A stretch of DNA of 64,000 nt. Source: Eledone cirrhosa (taxonomy: Eukaryota). A model generated the notes under the pieces. That model was given only the letters and a program-made list of their open reading frames with translations. It ran no database searches and was not told where the DNA came from. The translations under genes were made by a program, and so were the position numbers. Positions 1 through 12,950 of this stretch are shown one piece after another (positions within the stretch are counted from its first letter, which is position 1; each line of letters opens with the position of its first letter). The DNA is taken from the NCBI GenBank assembly GCA_964016885.1, contig OZ024741.1, positions 405,604,001 through 405,668,000 on the forward strand. The letters run 5' to 3'.

Positions 1-149
1 TGCGCCAGCATTAACAATTGTAGTTTCGCCTATGGATATTATCTCTGTGCAAAAAAGTGTTGAAATTTATTGTTTCACAGTACTTGCGCAACACGCGCGT
101 AGACGATGCCAGCCGAACAACAGAGCTGCGATGGAGTTGTTCTGCATGG

Positions 150-487
150 TTGTCTGTGTGTTTTCTAAATTTAAGACAGTAGGGAGGGTTGTGATATGAG
201 GGAGAGTTAGCTGTTGTTTCTAGCAGGTTTAGTGACCTCATAGAGGATATGTGTTTTCTAAATTTAAGACAGTAGGGAGTGGTGTGATATGGGGGAGAGT
301 TAGCTGCTGTTTCTAGCAGGTTTAGTAACCTCATAGAGGATATGTGTTTTCTAAATTTAAGACAGTAGGGAGTGGTGTGAGGAGGGATGTGATATGGGGG
401 AGAGTTAGCTGCTGTTTCTAGCAGGTTTAGTAACCTCATAGAGGATATGTGTTTTCTAAATTTAAGACAGTAGGGAGTGGTGTGAAC
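150..487. repeat. Tandem repeat, about 4 imperfect units of 85-100 bp
   Basis: TGTGTTTTCTAAATTTAAGACAGTAGGGAG recurs at about 157, 250, 343 and 448; it explains the repetitive ORF 11..616. Confidence 0.85.
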
Positions 488-710
488 GGACAGTATCACC
501 ATCAAGCTTGGAAAGAGAAAGTAGCAGAAAGTATGAAGTTGTATAGATTTTGAATGGTAGTAGAAAGAGTTCAGCAGTTTAAATGACAGAGAAAAATCGG
601 ACAGTATCACCATCAAGCTTGGAAAGAGAAAGTAGCAGAAAGTATGAAGTTGTATAGATTTTGAATGGTAGTGGAAAGAGTTTAGCAGTTTAAATGACAG
701 AGAAAAATCG
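488..710. repeat. 111-bp direct duplication
   Basis: GGACAGTATCACCATCAAGCTT…AGAAAAATCG at 488 and again at 599. Confidence 0.9.
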
Positions 711-898
711 TAAAATATTGAGTTTTATCTATTTTTTGCGTAATTGTGGGTGAAATTGAAAAAATTATCTGCGTCAAGACGCAATCGAAACTATATCGAG
801 TACTGAATGGTAAATTTCAATTGAAGAAATTCAGATTTCTATAACGAAGGAGCTTGACCACACACTGAGCTTTATAGATTATGATACTTTCTACAATA

Positions 899-1016
899 AT
901 TGTTTCTATTTTTAGGCACAAGGCCAGCAAAACCCAGTACATTACTGGTACTTTATTTTATCGACCCCATAAGGATGAAAGGCAAAGTTAACCTTGGCGG
1001 GATTTGAACTCAGATC
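899..1016 (-). mobile_element. tRNA-derived SINE, 3' half
   Basis: Reverse complement of the CTGAGTTCAAATCCCGCC…CGATAAAATAAAGTACCAG…GCTGGCCTTGTGCC body seen in other copies. Confidence 0.85.
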
Positions 1017-1157
1017 ATACATTCTACAATAATGAAAGTATTTCAGGTCTTTTCAACATAAACGTAATCTGCACGATGGAAAACATACGTATTTGTACAA
1101 ATTATCATTAAAAGATATGCTATGTGGATCTTTGACAACATTTGTTCCAATGTAGAA

Positions 1158-1342
1158 TGGATTGGCAGTATCGGTAGAGGGTCGGACGCCATGCTTTGTC
1201 AACATAGAGTTACGTCCCTTTATGATCTGAGTTCAAATCCCGCCAAGGTTAACTTTGCCTTTCATCCTTACGGGGTCGATAAAATAAAGTACCAGTAATG
1301 TACTGGTTAATTGCTGGCCTTGTGCCAAAAGTAGAAATAGTT
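1158..1342 (+). mobile_element. tRNA-derived SINE
   Basis: A-box-like TGGCAGTATCGG and B-box-like GAGTTCAAATCC, shared body, 3' end AAAGTAGAAA. Confidence 0.9.
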
Positions 1343-1491
1343 ATTGTATATACTTCTGTTCTCCAGTTCGTTGATGCTTTCATCCAGACATACACTTGAC
1401 CTGCTAGAAAAGGCAGCTAAGCCAAATTCCCGCAAATCATAAACAACAATTTTATTAATAAATATCTCTCTCTCTCACACACACACACACA

Positions 1492-1576
1492 TACGTGGGT
1501 CGGCTGAAAAGTTCATAGGCTGACCAAGATACTCTCATGGAATGACCAAATGAGATTTATTTTTCAACATAGTCCT
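1492..1576 (+). mobile_element. mariner-like left terminus, truncated
   Basis: TACGTGGGTCGGCTGAAAAGTTCATAGGCTGAC…TTTTCAACATAGTCC resembles mariner TIR and subterminal sequence; no right end seen. Confidence 0.5.
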
Positions 1577-1682
1577 TAGAAAGAAACAATGTAGTTATTA
1601 ATAAGAGTTGACATTATTGCATGAATATTTCACAGCTCTAGCATCACTAACGAAACTATTGATTTCTATGGTAAAATACCTT

Positions 1683-1812
<130 letters not shown>

Positions 1813-1983
1813 ATTATGAAGAGAGCAGAAACATTAGATATAATTAATAATAAGATGTATCATACCTAAACTGCTTCTAAATTCCTCGACTACGTAGTTT
1901 CGTGGCATAATCAAAAACAATACATCACAGAGATATTCATGTATATGTATGTGTCCGCATGTATCTGTGTGTTTCTCTATATA

Positions 1984-2062
<79 letters not shown>

Positions 2063-2066
2063 GAGG

Positions 2067-2101
<35 letters not shown>

Positions 2102-2181
2102 TGAGAGAGAGAGAGAGAAGAGAAAGAGAAAAAATGTATTTTACCATAGAAATCAATAGTTTCGTTAGTGACCAATCAGTT

Positions 2182-2285
<104 letters not shown>

Positions 2286-2725
2286 TTCACTTTGCTTTCT
2301 TTGAATCACGTACAATTCTCACATTGCATTATTTTATCCAACTTAACTTCAGTCAGAATCTGTCTGACCATATTGTAGACATCCATTAATATGTTTTAGA
2401 AATACTAAAGCTTTTGTTATATAAAGAGCAACATGTTTACCAAGAAGGAAACCTAACGACATCGTAACATTGTCCAGAGTTCCGAAGATAATTCCAATAA
2501 TGGTATATTCTAAAGTAAGGTTAACGTACAGATAGCAAAATAATTATAAACAACTGGACATGGGATGTGGTTATTTAGAAAGAGTAGTCAAACCACCCTC
2601 AAAAGACATCTTTCTGTGGTAGAAAGGGAAGAAACATTAGACAACGTTGTTCTCAGTAAAATCTCTCTCACGAGAATGTAGTATTTGTACAGAGAATGGT
2701 AACCTTGTCTGATATATATATATAT

Positions 2726-2781
<56 letters not shown>

Positions 2782-2880
2782 GGTGGGGGTGAAATTGGAA
2801 ATATATTTTAGGGTCTGTTTTTCCTTTTTTTCTTTTTTTGATTCGTCAAAGTGACATTATTGAAAAAATGAGAGGGATAA

Positions 2881-3360
2881 TTCTTCTTCTTCTTCTTCTT
2901 CTTCTTCTTCTTCTTCTTCTTCTTCTTCTTCTTCTTCTTCTTGGGAGGGTCGTGTGGGTCTGTACATGCTTTCTAGAGGGTCCTACCGGAAGGAACCCTC
3001 TCCAAATGATCCGGCTGGATCCGGGAGTGAGACCAACCGAGCTTACATGTATGTTATCCAACCATCTTACCCGTGGTCTGCTTCTAGCTCCCTCACCGTT
3101 TAACTTTGCCCGTCTAGTGATTCTATCTTTAGCCATTTTAACTACATGTCCATATTATTGGAGTGGGAGAATTAATGGCTCTACCTGGAGCAACTCCCTC
3201 ATATCCAAGCTATGCAGCCTAACGTTACTCAACAGATCTTTCGGGTCAGCCCCATTTCGGCCCCTTGTATTCGCAATCATATTTATTCTGTCACTACCCA
3301 AGAACCATTAACATCGTTACGGGTACATCTCTGAAATTGGAACGAAATATTGCTGCTCTA
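2881..3360 (-). mobile_element. RTE-clade LINE 3' fragment with (GAA)n tail
   Basis: C-terminal …GARSRPRVRWLDNI motif on the minus strand followed by (GAA)n; similar to 6510-6845. Confidence 0.75.
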
Positions 3361-3440
3361 TTTTTTTATTTTATATATTTTTTCTATCTTCTACTTTATT
3401 ATTTAAATCTTCTGAAAACACTTTCAATATTGTTTGCCAT

Positions 3441-3838
3441 AAATCTCGCCGAGGCTAACTTTGCCTTTCATTCTTACGGGGTCGATAAAATAAAGTACCA
3501 GTAATGTACTGGTGTCGATTTAATCGACTTCCCCTTCCCTTCAAATTGCTGGCCTTGTGCCTAAATCAGAAACGAGGTCGATGAAATAAAGTAACAGTAA
3601 TGCACTGGGAAAATTGCTGGCCTTGTGCCAAAATTAGAAACCATTATTGGTGAATTGGCAGTATCGGTAGAGGGTCGGACGCTATGCTTTGCAGCATAGA
3701 GTTACCTCCCTTTATGATTTGAGTTCAAATCCCGCCGAGGTTAACTTTGCCTTTCATCCTTACGGAGTCGATAAAATAAAGTACCAGTAATACACTGGGA
3801 TCATTGCTGGCCTTGTGCCAAAAAGTAGAAACCATTAT
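3441..3838 (+). mobile_element. Cluster of three SINE pieces (two partial, one near full length)
   Basis: Repeated GTCGATAAAATAAAGTACCAG and TTGCTGGCCTTGTGCC blocks. Confidence 0.85.
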
Positions 3839-3989
3839 TATATACCACAAATATGTAAATACATTCTCCTACTGTGACATACATGACGTCATCCATGACG
3901 TCACAACATTTCTATAACCTCCATTTATTTCTGACAGTAACAGATTTTTACAGGTGAGGTTATACGATCGATTTTACAGGTGAGGTTAC

Positions 3990-4650
3990 ATACCTCAGAC
4001 ACGTATTCCAAAGGACCCTATCGTAAGAAGCAGTCTCCAAATGTTCCGATTGTGTCCCTAAGGGAGGCCAGTAGAATTCATGAATGTTATCCAACCATCT
4101 TCCTTGTGGTCAACCTCTGGGTCTCTTGCCAGTCGATGTCGCCTGTAAAATCTATGCAGCGATTCTTTCTTTGACTTCCAAACCATATGGTCTGTAGTAG
4201 GGGAGATGTAATATATTGTTTCTACTTTTGGCACAAGGCCAGCAATTACCCAGTGCCTTACTGGTACTTTATTTTATCGACCCCGTAAGGATGAAACGCA
4301 AAGTCAACCTCGGCGGGATTTGAACTCAGATCGTAAAGGGACGTAACTATGCTGGAAAGCATGGCGCCCGACCCTCTGCCGATACTGCCAATCCACCGCG
4401 GGGAGATGTAATATATTGATTCAGAGAAGTAGTAGCTCTTCTTCCAGTGACTTCCTCGTCTCCCAGCTACACTGCCTATCGAGTAACGTTACGCCAAAAC
4501 ATCATTCGGTAGAACCCCATTTCGGCTCCTTGTATTCACGATCATATGTATTATTTCTGTCACTACCGAAGATTTATTAAATTCGTTGCTAGCACATCTC
4601 TGAAATTCGAAGGAAATGTAGCTGCTTCTTTCAGCAGATCGAATAATAAC
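3990..4650 (-). mobile_element. Degenerate RTE LINE fragment interrupted by a SINE
   Basis: Similar to 3000-3360 (GTTATCCAACCATCTT, CCCATTTCGG, CATCTCTGAAATT). Confidence 0.65.
4219..4399 (-). mobile_element. Full-length SINE with 19-bp target-site duplication
   Basis: TSD GGGGAGATGTAATATATTG at 4200-4218 and 4400-4418. Confidence 0.92.
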
Positions 4651-5756
4651 GCCCGTTTTTCATTCTGTTTGACACCAAGTCAGCCCTGATTTAGCAGAAC
4701 TATGATCACAGCGACCTCTACGTTGTTTTCTCATTCTTTTTCTTATATATTTCAAGAACAATTCATATTGTACGCCTGGCGCAGCTGAGATATACCACCA
4801 GACCGTCTATATATAAATTTGGGCGACTTCCGTCCGTCACACAATGTGTGTGTGTTTGTGTGAATGTATGTGTATGTAAAAGGAAGGGGGTGGTGAAAAA
4901 CTATAGCAAAACAGTGGCTGGCGTTCCATTTACTACGCTGTGCGTGAGTTTATGTGTGTGTGTGTGTTTGTGTAGATGTATGTGTGCGCGTGTCTTTGTG
5001 TGATTGTGAGTGTGTATTTTTGTAAGTGCGTCTGTGTTTGCGTGTTTATACTCATAATATAAATGTATGCATATGCACATACATACAAGCACACACATAT
5101 ACACATACACACAAACATATATACACATACGCGTCAGCGTCTTGAAAACAATTCAAGTACATATATATTTCAATAACAATACATATTGTAACCCTGAAAT
5201 AGCTGAGATAGAGTTTGGTCCCACCTTTGTCCCCCTTTCTCCTTTTAATAGATTTAATTTTGTTCTCTCCATTTTTCCATATCCTGATTTTTCTCATGTT
5301 TGTTATTTAACTTTCTAAAATACTTTCAATATTGCATACCTTAAACATGAAAATAAATTCTCTGTAGCACCCAGTCAAGGGTGTGTAGTTTATCTTCTCG
5401 CTTCCAGCTTCCATTTATAATATTAAATTTTCAGTAAATTTCTGTTATTAGACCGGACCCCGAAATATGTGTAATATTAAACAAATGTTTCTTTTCCCAT
5501 TTTTACTTATTGCCTTTTTGTAATTTAAAGAAAGATTTATATGGGGTATATTCAGGACATGAAATAACTACCCCATCGATGGGGTAGTTATTTCATGTCC
5601 TGAAGCAAGTCTGAGAAAACTTAGAATGTGAACTACCAAAGTGTTTGGTGCTGACGAACAGTTGCAGACGTTAATGCTTTCACAAAACACTAAATAATAA
5701 TGTTTTTGTTTCTAATTAAAACATAAAGTCTTGCCGATTCATAAATAACGATTCGC

Positions 5757-5995
5757 TTAATAATAATATGGACTTTGCCTATTAATCTGTATGGTGAGCA
5801 AGTGGGGTCCCAAGTGCTGGCCTCCCCACAGCCCCGGCGGACAGGATGGAGAAGGCGTTTCCCCAGAGGATGGTAAGGGAGATGCGCTGGAAGAGCCATT
5901 CCAACTCGCGAGGTTGGCTAGCTCAGCGCCTATGGTGGTGAATAGGGAGGTAGCCCTAGGGCCAAGGACACCAGAAGTCTCCACTGCCAAGGGCA
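5757..5995 (-). mobile_element. CRE-like (RLE endonuclease) non-LTR element 3' fragment
   Basis: PLAVETSGVLGPRATSLFTTIGAEL; same family as 29870-30230 and 43322-43652. Confidence 0.7.
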
Positions 5996-6509
5996 TAGGT
6001 TAAGGGCAGTTAATTATTTAAGGTTGGTTAGAAGTGTGTCCGCAATCTTTACTGTTGAGCTGTGTATAAAACTATATATGTTTTACCCAGGAACCCAGGT
6101 AGAGGTGAAAGTTAGACTCAGGGATCCATCTCTGAGAGGGTTAAGGCTGGGAGCTGATTGTTTGGTTAGAAGTTTAAAGGTAATTTTTTTTATGTGGTGT
6201 GAAAACTTTCGAAAATGACTCGATGTTTGTGTCCCCACCACCCGATAACTCCGTAACACCGGACTCAGTGATGAGTGAAATAATAATTTACCCAATTATC
6301 AAGTAGTGTAGGTAATACGAACAATTGTGATATATTATGTAGTAAAAGGCCGATAATTTAAAGCTGGCACAATGCAGTAGAAATGTACGAAGGACACCAT
6401 GTGTTTTAGACGAATCTCGCCATCCTTTTGTTCCAGCGATATGAAGATCTTTGCTTGCAAACGAATCGAATATTAATATTATAATATTATTATTATTCAT
6501 TTAATTTTC

Positions 6510-6845
6510 GGCAGCTTCGATACTATGGGCATGTGGTTAGAATGTTTCAGGAAAGAATCACTTGACAGAATTTAATGACAAAACTAACTGGTAGGAGACC
6601 CAAGGGGTAGACCCCGAGCAAGATGGTTGGATAATATTCATGAGCTTGGTTGGTTCCGCTTAGGGATCCAGCCGGATCAGTTGGAGACGGTTGCTTCTGA
6701 CAGGATCTGTTGGAAGAAGGGTTAGAGGACTCTACCCCCACGACCCCATCAGGATGAAGAAGAAGAAGAAGAAGAAGAAGAAGAAGAAGAAGAAGAAGAA
6801 GAAGAAGAAGAAGAAGAAGAAGAAGAAGAAGAAGAAGAAGAAGAA
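6510..6845 (+). mobile_element. RTE-clade LINE 3' end with (GAA)n tail
   Basis: LRYYGHVVRM…GRRPKG degenerate C-terminus followed by about 35 GAA repeats. Confidence 0.75.
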
Positions 6846-7174
6846 AAAAAATCAATCGGTATGCAAATTAGGCTAATCAGCCGATGTATACTTTAGAGAA
6901 TGCTATATATTCTCAAGAGTTCCAGTATGTAGAAGAAAAGGGAGAGATACAGTCTTGACAAGGGGATATAACCCCGAAACAAGTACAATAGCAACAAAAT
7001 TGTTCATCTCCGCGCTACCACTGGAAAAAAAGGAAGACGAGAGTCTTCTAAAACGTATAGCGTTATGAGGCCGCTTGCCACAAACGAATCGAATATTAAT
7101 AAAATTATTATAATATTATTATTTACTCACGAATGCATTTACGTAGCCGCTATGTTAGAGCGAAAACAAATTTT

Positions 7175-7228
<54 letters not shown>

Positions 7229-7230
<2 letters not shown>

Positions 7231-7660
7231 TAGCAGAGGTACCTGGCGTTGCTCGGGTATTAAATAGCAGTTATGTATACCATTTATGTCAATACTTCAG
7301 TGCTGCTTCGAAAATTATACTTTTACAAAATCATCGGCTTTTTCCCAAAGGGGGTTCCTACCCCCAGGGGTCCCATACTCAATATGTGCCAATTCACATT
7401 CATCTGTAGAACAAACGTAGCCCATGTGTCAAGTTTTGTGAAAATCGGTTGCGAACTCCAGACGTTATGACGTTTTGTTGCATTGCATTGCAGTGCTTCG
7501 GTCGACTCCAAGGAAGCGGTTGAAGGGGGTTATCTGCCGAGAGGCCCTATAATAAATATCAGGAAAAATGAAAGTGCTCATGACAATCCGGAGTACATAA
7601 GTAACCTATGTCTTAAGTTTGGTGAAAATACTGTAGAAATGCATAAGGCTTACACACACA
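7229..7660 (+). mobile_element. Putative non-autonomous Helitron/HINE-like element
   Basis: Starts ACTAGCAGAGGTACCTGGCGTTGCTCGGG (5' hairpin typical of these elements), contains GTCAAGTTTTGTGAAAATCGG, ends in a (CA)/(TG) microsatellite. Confidence 0.45.
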
Positions 7661-7688
7661 CGCGCGCGCGCGTGTGTGTGTGTATGTG

Positions 7689-7756
<68 letters not shown>

Positions 7757-7829
7757 TGTGTGTGTGTGTATGTATTTGTGTGTGCGTATGTATAGGTATG
7801 TGTATGTCCGTCGGCGCATACGTATGTAC

Positions 7830-8160
7830 TGGCCTAAATCATTTTCGTTTTCAATTTTATTTACATCATTCTTAAACTCCGGGGCTGGAAATCATTCGGT
7901 TATTTTAAATAGAATATTAGTCTAATGACTCCATTTATACCATAAACTTGGTCTTGTCTTTGCATGAAATTGTTCTTCTCAGTCCACATAACAACGTATT
8001 ATCCTCGCTTTTTTTCCGTCTTCCTGTTTTCCTTCGGTTGCAACGATTCTCGAAATATTAACTTTTGCGTTCACAGATTACATTTTTTAGTTTCAGAAGA
8101 TCCCGTTAATGTTGAAAGCAGCAATTCTTTGCTTAAACTTGAATCTGTTCTTATAACAAA
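7830..8160 (+). mobile_element. 3' end fragment of the 8879-11092 PLE family
   Basis: Diverged copy of parts of 10540-11000; ends in (TA)n at about the family short end point. Confidence 0.8.
8074..8147 (+). ncRNA. Hammerhead-like motif, variant core CAGAAGA
   Basis: AGTTT/AAACT stem I, CAGAAGA, GAAA, GCA/TGC stem III, CUU triplet; stem II damaged in this copy. Confidence 0.5.
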
Positions 8161-8204
8161 TATATATATATATATATAACAAATATATATATATATATAT
8201 ATAT

Positions 8205-8322
<118 letters not shown>

Positions 8323-8330
8323 GAGAGATG

Positions 8331-8508
8331 CTTTGTACGGCTTTTTGCAGGAAGGAGTGACCAGCAATACGTTGTTCTTCGGTGTAGCAGAGAATCCCGC
8401 GTGAACTAACAGCTTATCTCGAACATTCATTCGTCATCGTTCTTGTCAACGCTCCGTTTTTTGGTATTTGTTGGTCTACAGTTAGATGAATGGCGCACAA
8501 AGGGTTAA
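8331..8508 (+). mobile_element. Possible piggyBac 3' remnant
   Basis: Ends AAAGGG-TTAA; weak resemblance to a decayed Cys-rich C-terminus. Confidence 0.25.
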
Positions 8509-8578
8509 TGTTTATTGGCAAGAAGTTTTTTTAATAATAAAAGACGGGTTAAAGCAACCTGCAATGTGTATGTATGTA

Positions 8579-8667
<89 letters not shown>

Positions 8668-8813
8668 ACATATATTTTTATGTGTATATATATATATGTG
8701 TATATGTGTATATCTATATATGTGTATATGTTTGTATATGTATATATATATGTATATGTGTATATATGTGTGTGTATATGTATATATGTGTATTAATATA
8801 TATGTATATATAA

Positions 8814-8883
<70 letters not shown>

Positions 8884-8919
8884 TAAAATAACAGATTAAA
8901 GTTTAAGCAAAGCGGTGCT

Positions 8920-10018
8920 TTGTACCGTGACGATGGTCTTTTGACCATGACTAAGTGCGGACCTCGTGCTTGCGACAGGTTCAGAAAAGAACTCACAGCC
9001 TTCTTTAAAGGCTTCAGCCTCTCTATACAGGTTGAGGCCAATCTCTCGGTCGTTAATTACCTCGACGTTACCCTCAATTTATTGAATGGGTTGTATTACC
9101 CGTATAGAAAGCCGAATGATACGCTTAATTACATAAGTAAGTATTCCAACCATCCTGCCAGCATAACGAAGAACCTGGTAAGAAACGTTTCGTTGAGGCT
9201 TTCCCGTCTTTCCACCAACGAGCGTATTTTCAACGACCATTCCACTTATTACAATCAAGCTCTTGCTCGAAGTGGATTTGTCGATAAGGTAGCATATACA
9301 GAGTACGAAAATAGACCTAGAAGAAATAGATCCCGTCGCATTTGTTGGTATAACCCGCCATATAATATGGAGGTGGCCACACCATTAGCTAAGATCTTTC
9401 TTTCCCTTATTACGAAGCATTTTCCCCCTACACATAAATATAGTAAAATTTTTAATAGAAATACTATTAAAATTTCTTACTCTACGACTCCTAACCTTTC
9501 ACATAACATCACAGCTTCAAATTTAGCTAAACTACCTAGCCGTAGGAACACGTGCAACCCTGTAGTTAGTACTAACTGTAATTGTAGGAATCGGGCTGAT
9601 TGCCCACTATCCGGGAAATGCCTCTCTAGTAACATTGTCTACAAATGTAAGGTTGTAACACCCACTTCCTGTAGGGCCTACATAGGGTTAACCGCCAATA
9701 GTTTCAAGCAGCGTCTTTACATGCATTCCCCTTTCTTTTCGTTACCCTCTAAGAAGGAATATGACGTCACTTTCAGCTTATATCTGGAGTCTAAAAGACA
9801 ACCACACCCAATATAAGTTACACTGGGAGATCCTAGCTAGGGCTAGATCGTATAACGGAAATAAAAGACCATGTGACCTCTGCGCCGCTGAGGCCCTGGA
9901 AATACTCTACGCCACAGACCACATCTTAAACAAAAAATCTGAGGCAATTTCGGCTTGTAAACATAAATTGCACAAAACTTTCCTGTATTACAGCCCCACG
10001 TTATACCCTAACGGATAG
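8920..10018 (+). pseudogene. PLE RT (partial) + GIY-YIG endonuclease, frameshift near 9750
   Basis: YRDD; NYLDVTL; WYNPP; CNCRNRADCPLSGKC linker; VYKC…YIG; CDLCAAE…LNKKSE…CKH. Confidence 0.9.
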
Positions 10019-10915
10019 TACGATCTATACGTGGATATTTTACGTCTTGATGTGGGAGCTAAGTATATGTTTTGTTTATTCCTTTACTTATTTGCATAGG
10101 TAAGTATATATTACCCGTATGTTTGTGAAGGTACGTATACCTTCTCGTACGTTTATTTGATTGTAATTTTTTTATATATTCTGGTACATAGGGTTTGGCT
10201 ATGTGAATACGGGAGTTTTGCGTCTGTGTGAGTATGTAGGTTCGTACGTATGGTGGGTATGTGTATATGTGTATTTCTTGTTTTAGTTGACTTACGTCTC
10301 CGAACATTCGTGTATTTATATGTAGGTATGTGTGTGCGCTTGTTATATACGTATGTATTTATTTATATACGTTTATATAATTATTTATTTGTATACACGC
10401 ATACACACACACATATTTATATGTTCGTGGTTTTGTATACCTATGGTAAGGTTTTGCGTATGCTTGTGTATGTACGTATTTGTTTGCATGTATGTATTTA
10501 TTTATTTCTATTACTTCTGTATTGTATTTATTTACTTTGTTCTTAACTCTGTAGCGGAGATTCATTTGGTCTCCTAGTTAGAATTTTAGTCTACGACTTC
10601 TGCTATACCATTTACGTGGTTTTGTCTTTGCGTGCTATTGTTCTCCACGCTCCACATTGACGTATTATCTTCGTTTTTTCGTTCATTGCCAGAGAACGTC
10701 TCTATGCACCACCTAAGAGAACATTAGTCTACGATCTCTTTTATACCATAAACATGGTTCTGTCTTTGCGCGTAATTGTTTTTCACCGCTCCTATTAATG
10801 ACGTATTATTCGTTTTTTCCCGTTCTTTGCCAGCGAACGTTTCCACCAACCAAAGTATCGTCTTCCTGTCTTCCTCCGGTTGCAACGTTTTTTGAAATAT
10901 CCAGTTCTGCGTTTA

Positions 10916-10989
10916 CAGATTGACTTTGTTAGTTTCAGAAGATCCCGTTAAGGGTGAAAGCAGCGATTCTTTGCTTAAACCTTAATCTG
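10916..10989 (+). ncRNA. Hammerhead-like motif, variant core CAGAAGA
   Basis: GTTT/AAAC plus CAGATT/AATCTG stem I; CCC/GGG stem II; GAAA; GCA/TGC stem III. Confidence 0.6.
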
Positions 10990-11088
10990 TTATTTTAATA
11001 AATATTTGCTCTACGGTTCTTATATATTTGATATATATCTATCCTTATCGAGCCCTCTTTGGATTTTAGTCTTCAAATTTATTATTAT

Positions 11089-11160
<72 letters not shown>

Positions 11161-11466
11161 GTGTATGTGTGAATGTAGCGAAGATAATACGTCAGCAATG
11201 ACGTGTTCGTCAGAATGTCGTTATGCAGACAGTCAGACATACAGACAGTTATTACAAGGGCTCGACGGCCATCGATAACCGGCGCCTCACACCCCTATAA
11301 CAACAGAAAATTGAAACATAAAAGCAGCAGTTAGTATCTTTAGATCGCAAGGAATATATAAATGCAAGTTTGAAGTCAATCGGAGTAGAAATATGGATTT
11401 GTATAGACTGTGCAAAAATGAGGACACACACACAGGCAACATCAGTTTTATATATATATATATATA

Positions 11467-12134
11467 CATGTGGAAGCTTAGTAAAATCGAAGCTTTGACT
11501 GTGGGCAAGCAAAGTCGAACTACAATATGAATGAGTTAGCAAAGCACTCAATAAGGGTAGGTCCTTAGAGTAACAACATACGTTTAAATAGCTTGACAAT
11601 TGAATATTGTGGTATGCAAAACCTAACATACAATACCAGAGCAACGAAAAAACTAGCAGGTTAAAAAAGATACACCTGGACAAATTAAACGTTATACGTT
11701 TAAAATGTTTCTGTGAAAACGAAATCAAATATCCGGCTTACGTAACAAGCGCGCTCGTGGTATTCCATGATCGAACAGAGGATTCATTTCATCAACAGGA
11801 GTTCCGTTCTTTCCAAAAGCGAGGTGGATTCTAAATGCTGAGGCTATGAGCGAGCTGAACGCACATTTAGTTATCACGTGTTATTTCCAATAAGGGAAGA
11901 AACCCTCGGTTTTGGCGGGTCGATTCGAAGTGTTAAACAAAGGAAATATTATAATTTCCACTAACATTCAGAATGAAGCTCTCAACCAGATGTTATTAAA
12001 CAAACACAAATAATTAACCAATCAACAGAATTGTCTAATTAAATTAATTAGTTAATTATTCAATCTAGGAGAAAATAATACACGTGGAAGCTTAGTAAAA
12101 TCGAAGCTTTGGCTGTGGGCAAGCAAAGTCGAAC
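11467..12134 (-). mobile_element. Non-coding 614-bp tandem unit forming the left arm of a PLE insertion
   Basis: 51-bp direct repeat at 11470 and 12084; TTGAGTGCTTT motif; CACGTG and CCAAT boxes; abuts (TA)n on the left and a PLE ORF fragment on the right. Confidence 0.6.
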
Positions 12135-12950
12135 ATCGTATAAAAATAATAAACAACATCGAAACCGTAATAGACGAGTTACTTGGTATAATGCTCCATT
12201 TAATCTACAAATTAAAGATAATTTACCTAAAATTTTTTTTACTATCCTAGAGAAAAACTTCCCGCCAAACCATAAATACCATCAAATTTTAAATAGATCA
12301 ACGGTCAAATTCTCCTACTCAACAACCAAAAATATACAACAAAATATAAGTGCTTACAATGCATATAAATGTTTTAAAAAAACATGAATATACCACCAAC
12401 ACATCAAACTAACCATAATACTAAAATAAACCACAGCAAACCACCATCTCATTCACATACAACAAGTCGAGAAAATTTCACACCTAATTTGACTAACTCC
12501 CCTGATATAACATTCACGAAATGTTGTAACTGTAGAAACAAAGCAAATTGCCCATTAAAAGGAAATTCCCTTATTAATAACATAGTATATAAATGTAAAA
12601 TTAGCACTAAGGACTCAACCTATTCATATATAGGAGCTACTTCTAACCAATTTAAAGTAAGATTTAATACCCACAAACACAGTTTTAAAAATGCCGCATT
12701 AGCTAATACAACATCCTTAGCTGAAATAATTAATAATTATAGAAAAAAGAATATCGATTATAACCTGACCTGGAGTGTGCTCAAAAAGGCCTCCCCTTAT
12801 CAAAATAATAAATATGAATGTAGATTATGTTCCCAGGAACTTTTTGAAATAATGAAATCTAAGGATATCCTATTAAATAAGCGACAAGAATTAATTATAT
12901 CATGCAATCATAGAATTAGAAAAACTTTCAAATATTATAAACCTAATTAA
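12135..12950 (+). pseudogene. PLE (Hydra-type) linker + GIY-YIG fragment, frameshift near 12380
   Basis: WYNAPF; CNCRNKANCPLKGNS; IVYKC…YIGATSNQFKVRFNTH; CRLCSQE…LNKRQE…CNH; AT-rich 3' UTR follows to about 13760. Confidence 0.88.

Larger units (their letters stand above)
8879..11092 (+). mobile_element. Penelope-like element (Hydra-type), 5'-truncated, with 34-bp inverted arm
   Basis: Flanked by (TA)n; 8879-8912 is the reverse complement of about 10969-11002; RT and GIY-YIG coding region followed by a 1-kb 3' UTR and tail. Confidence 0.9.

Noticed and set aside
11-616. 201-aa repetitive ORF
   Set aside because: Product of the tandem repeats; no protein signature
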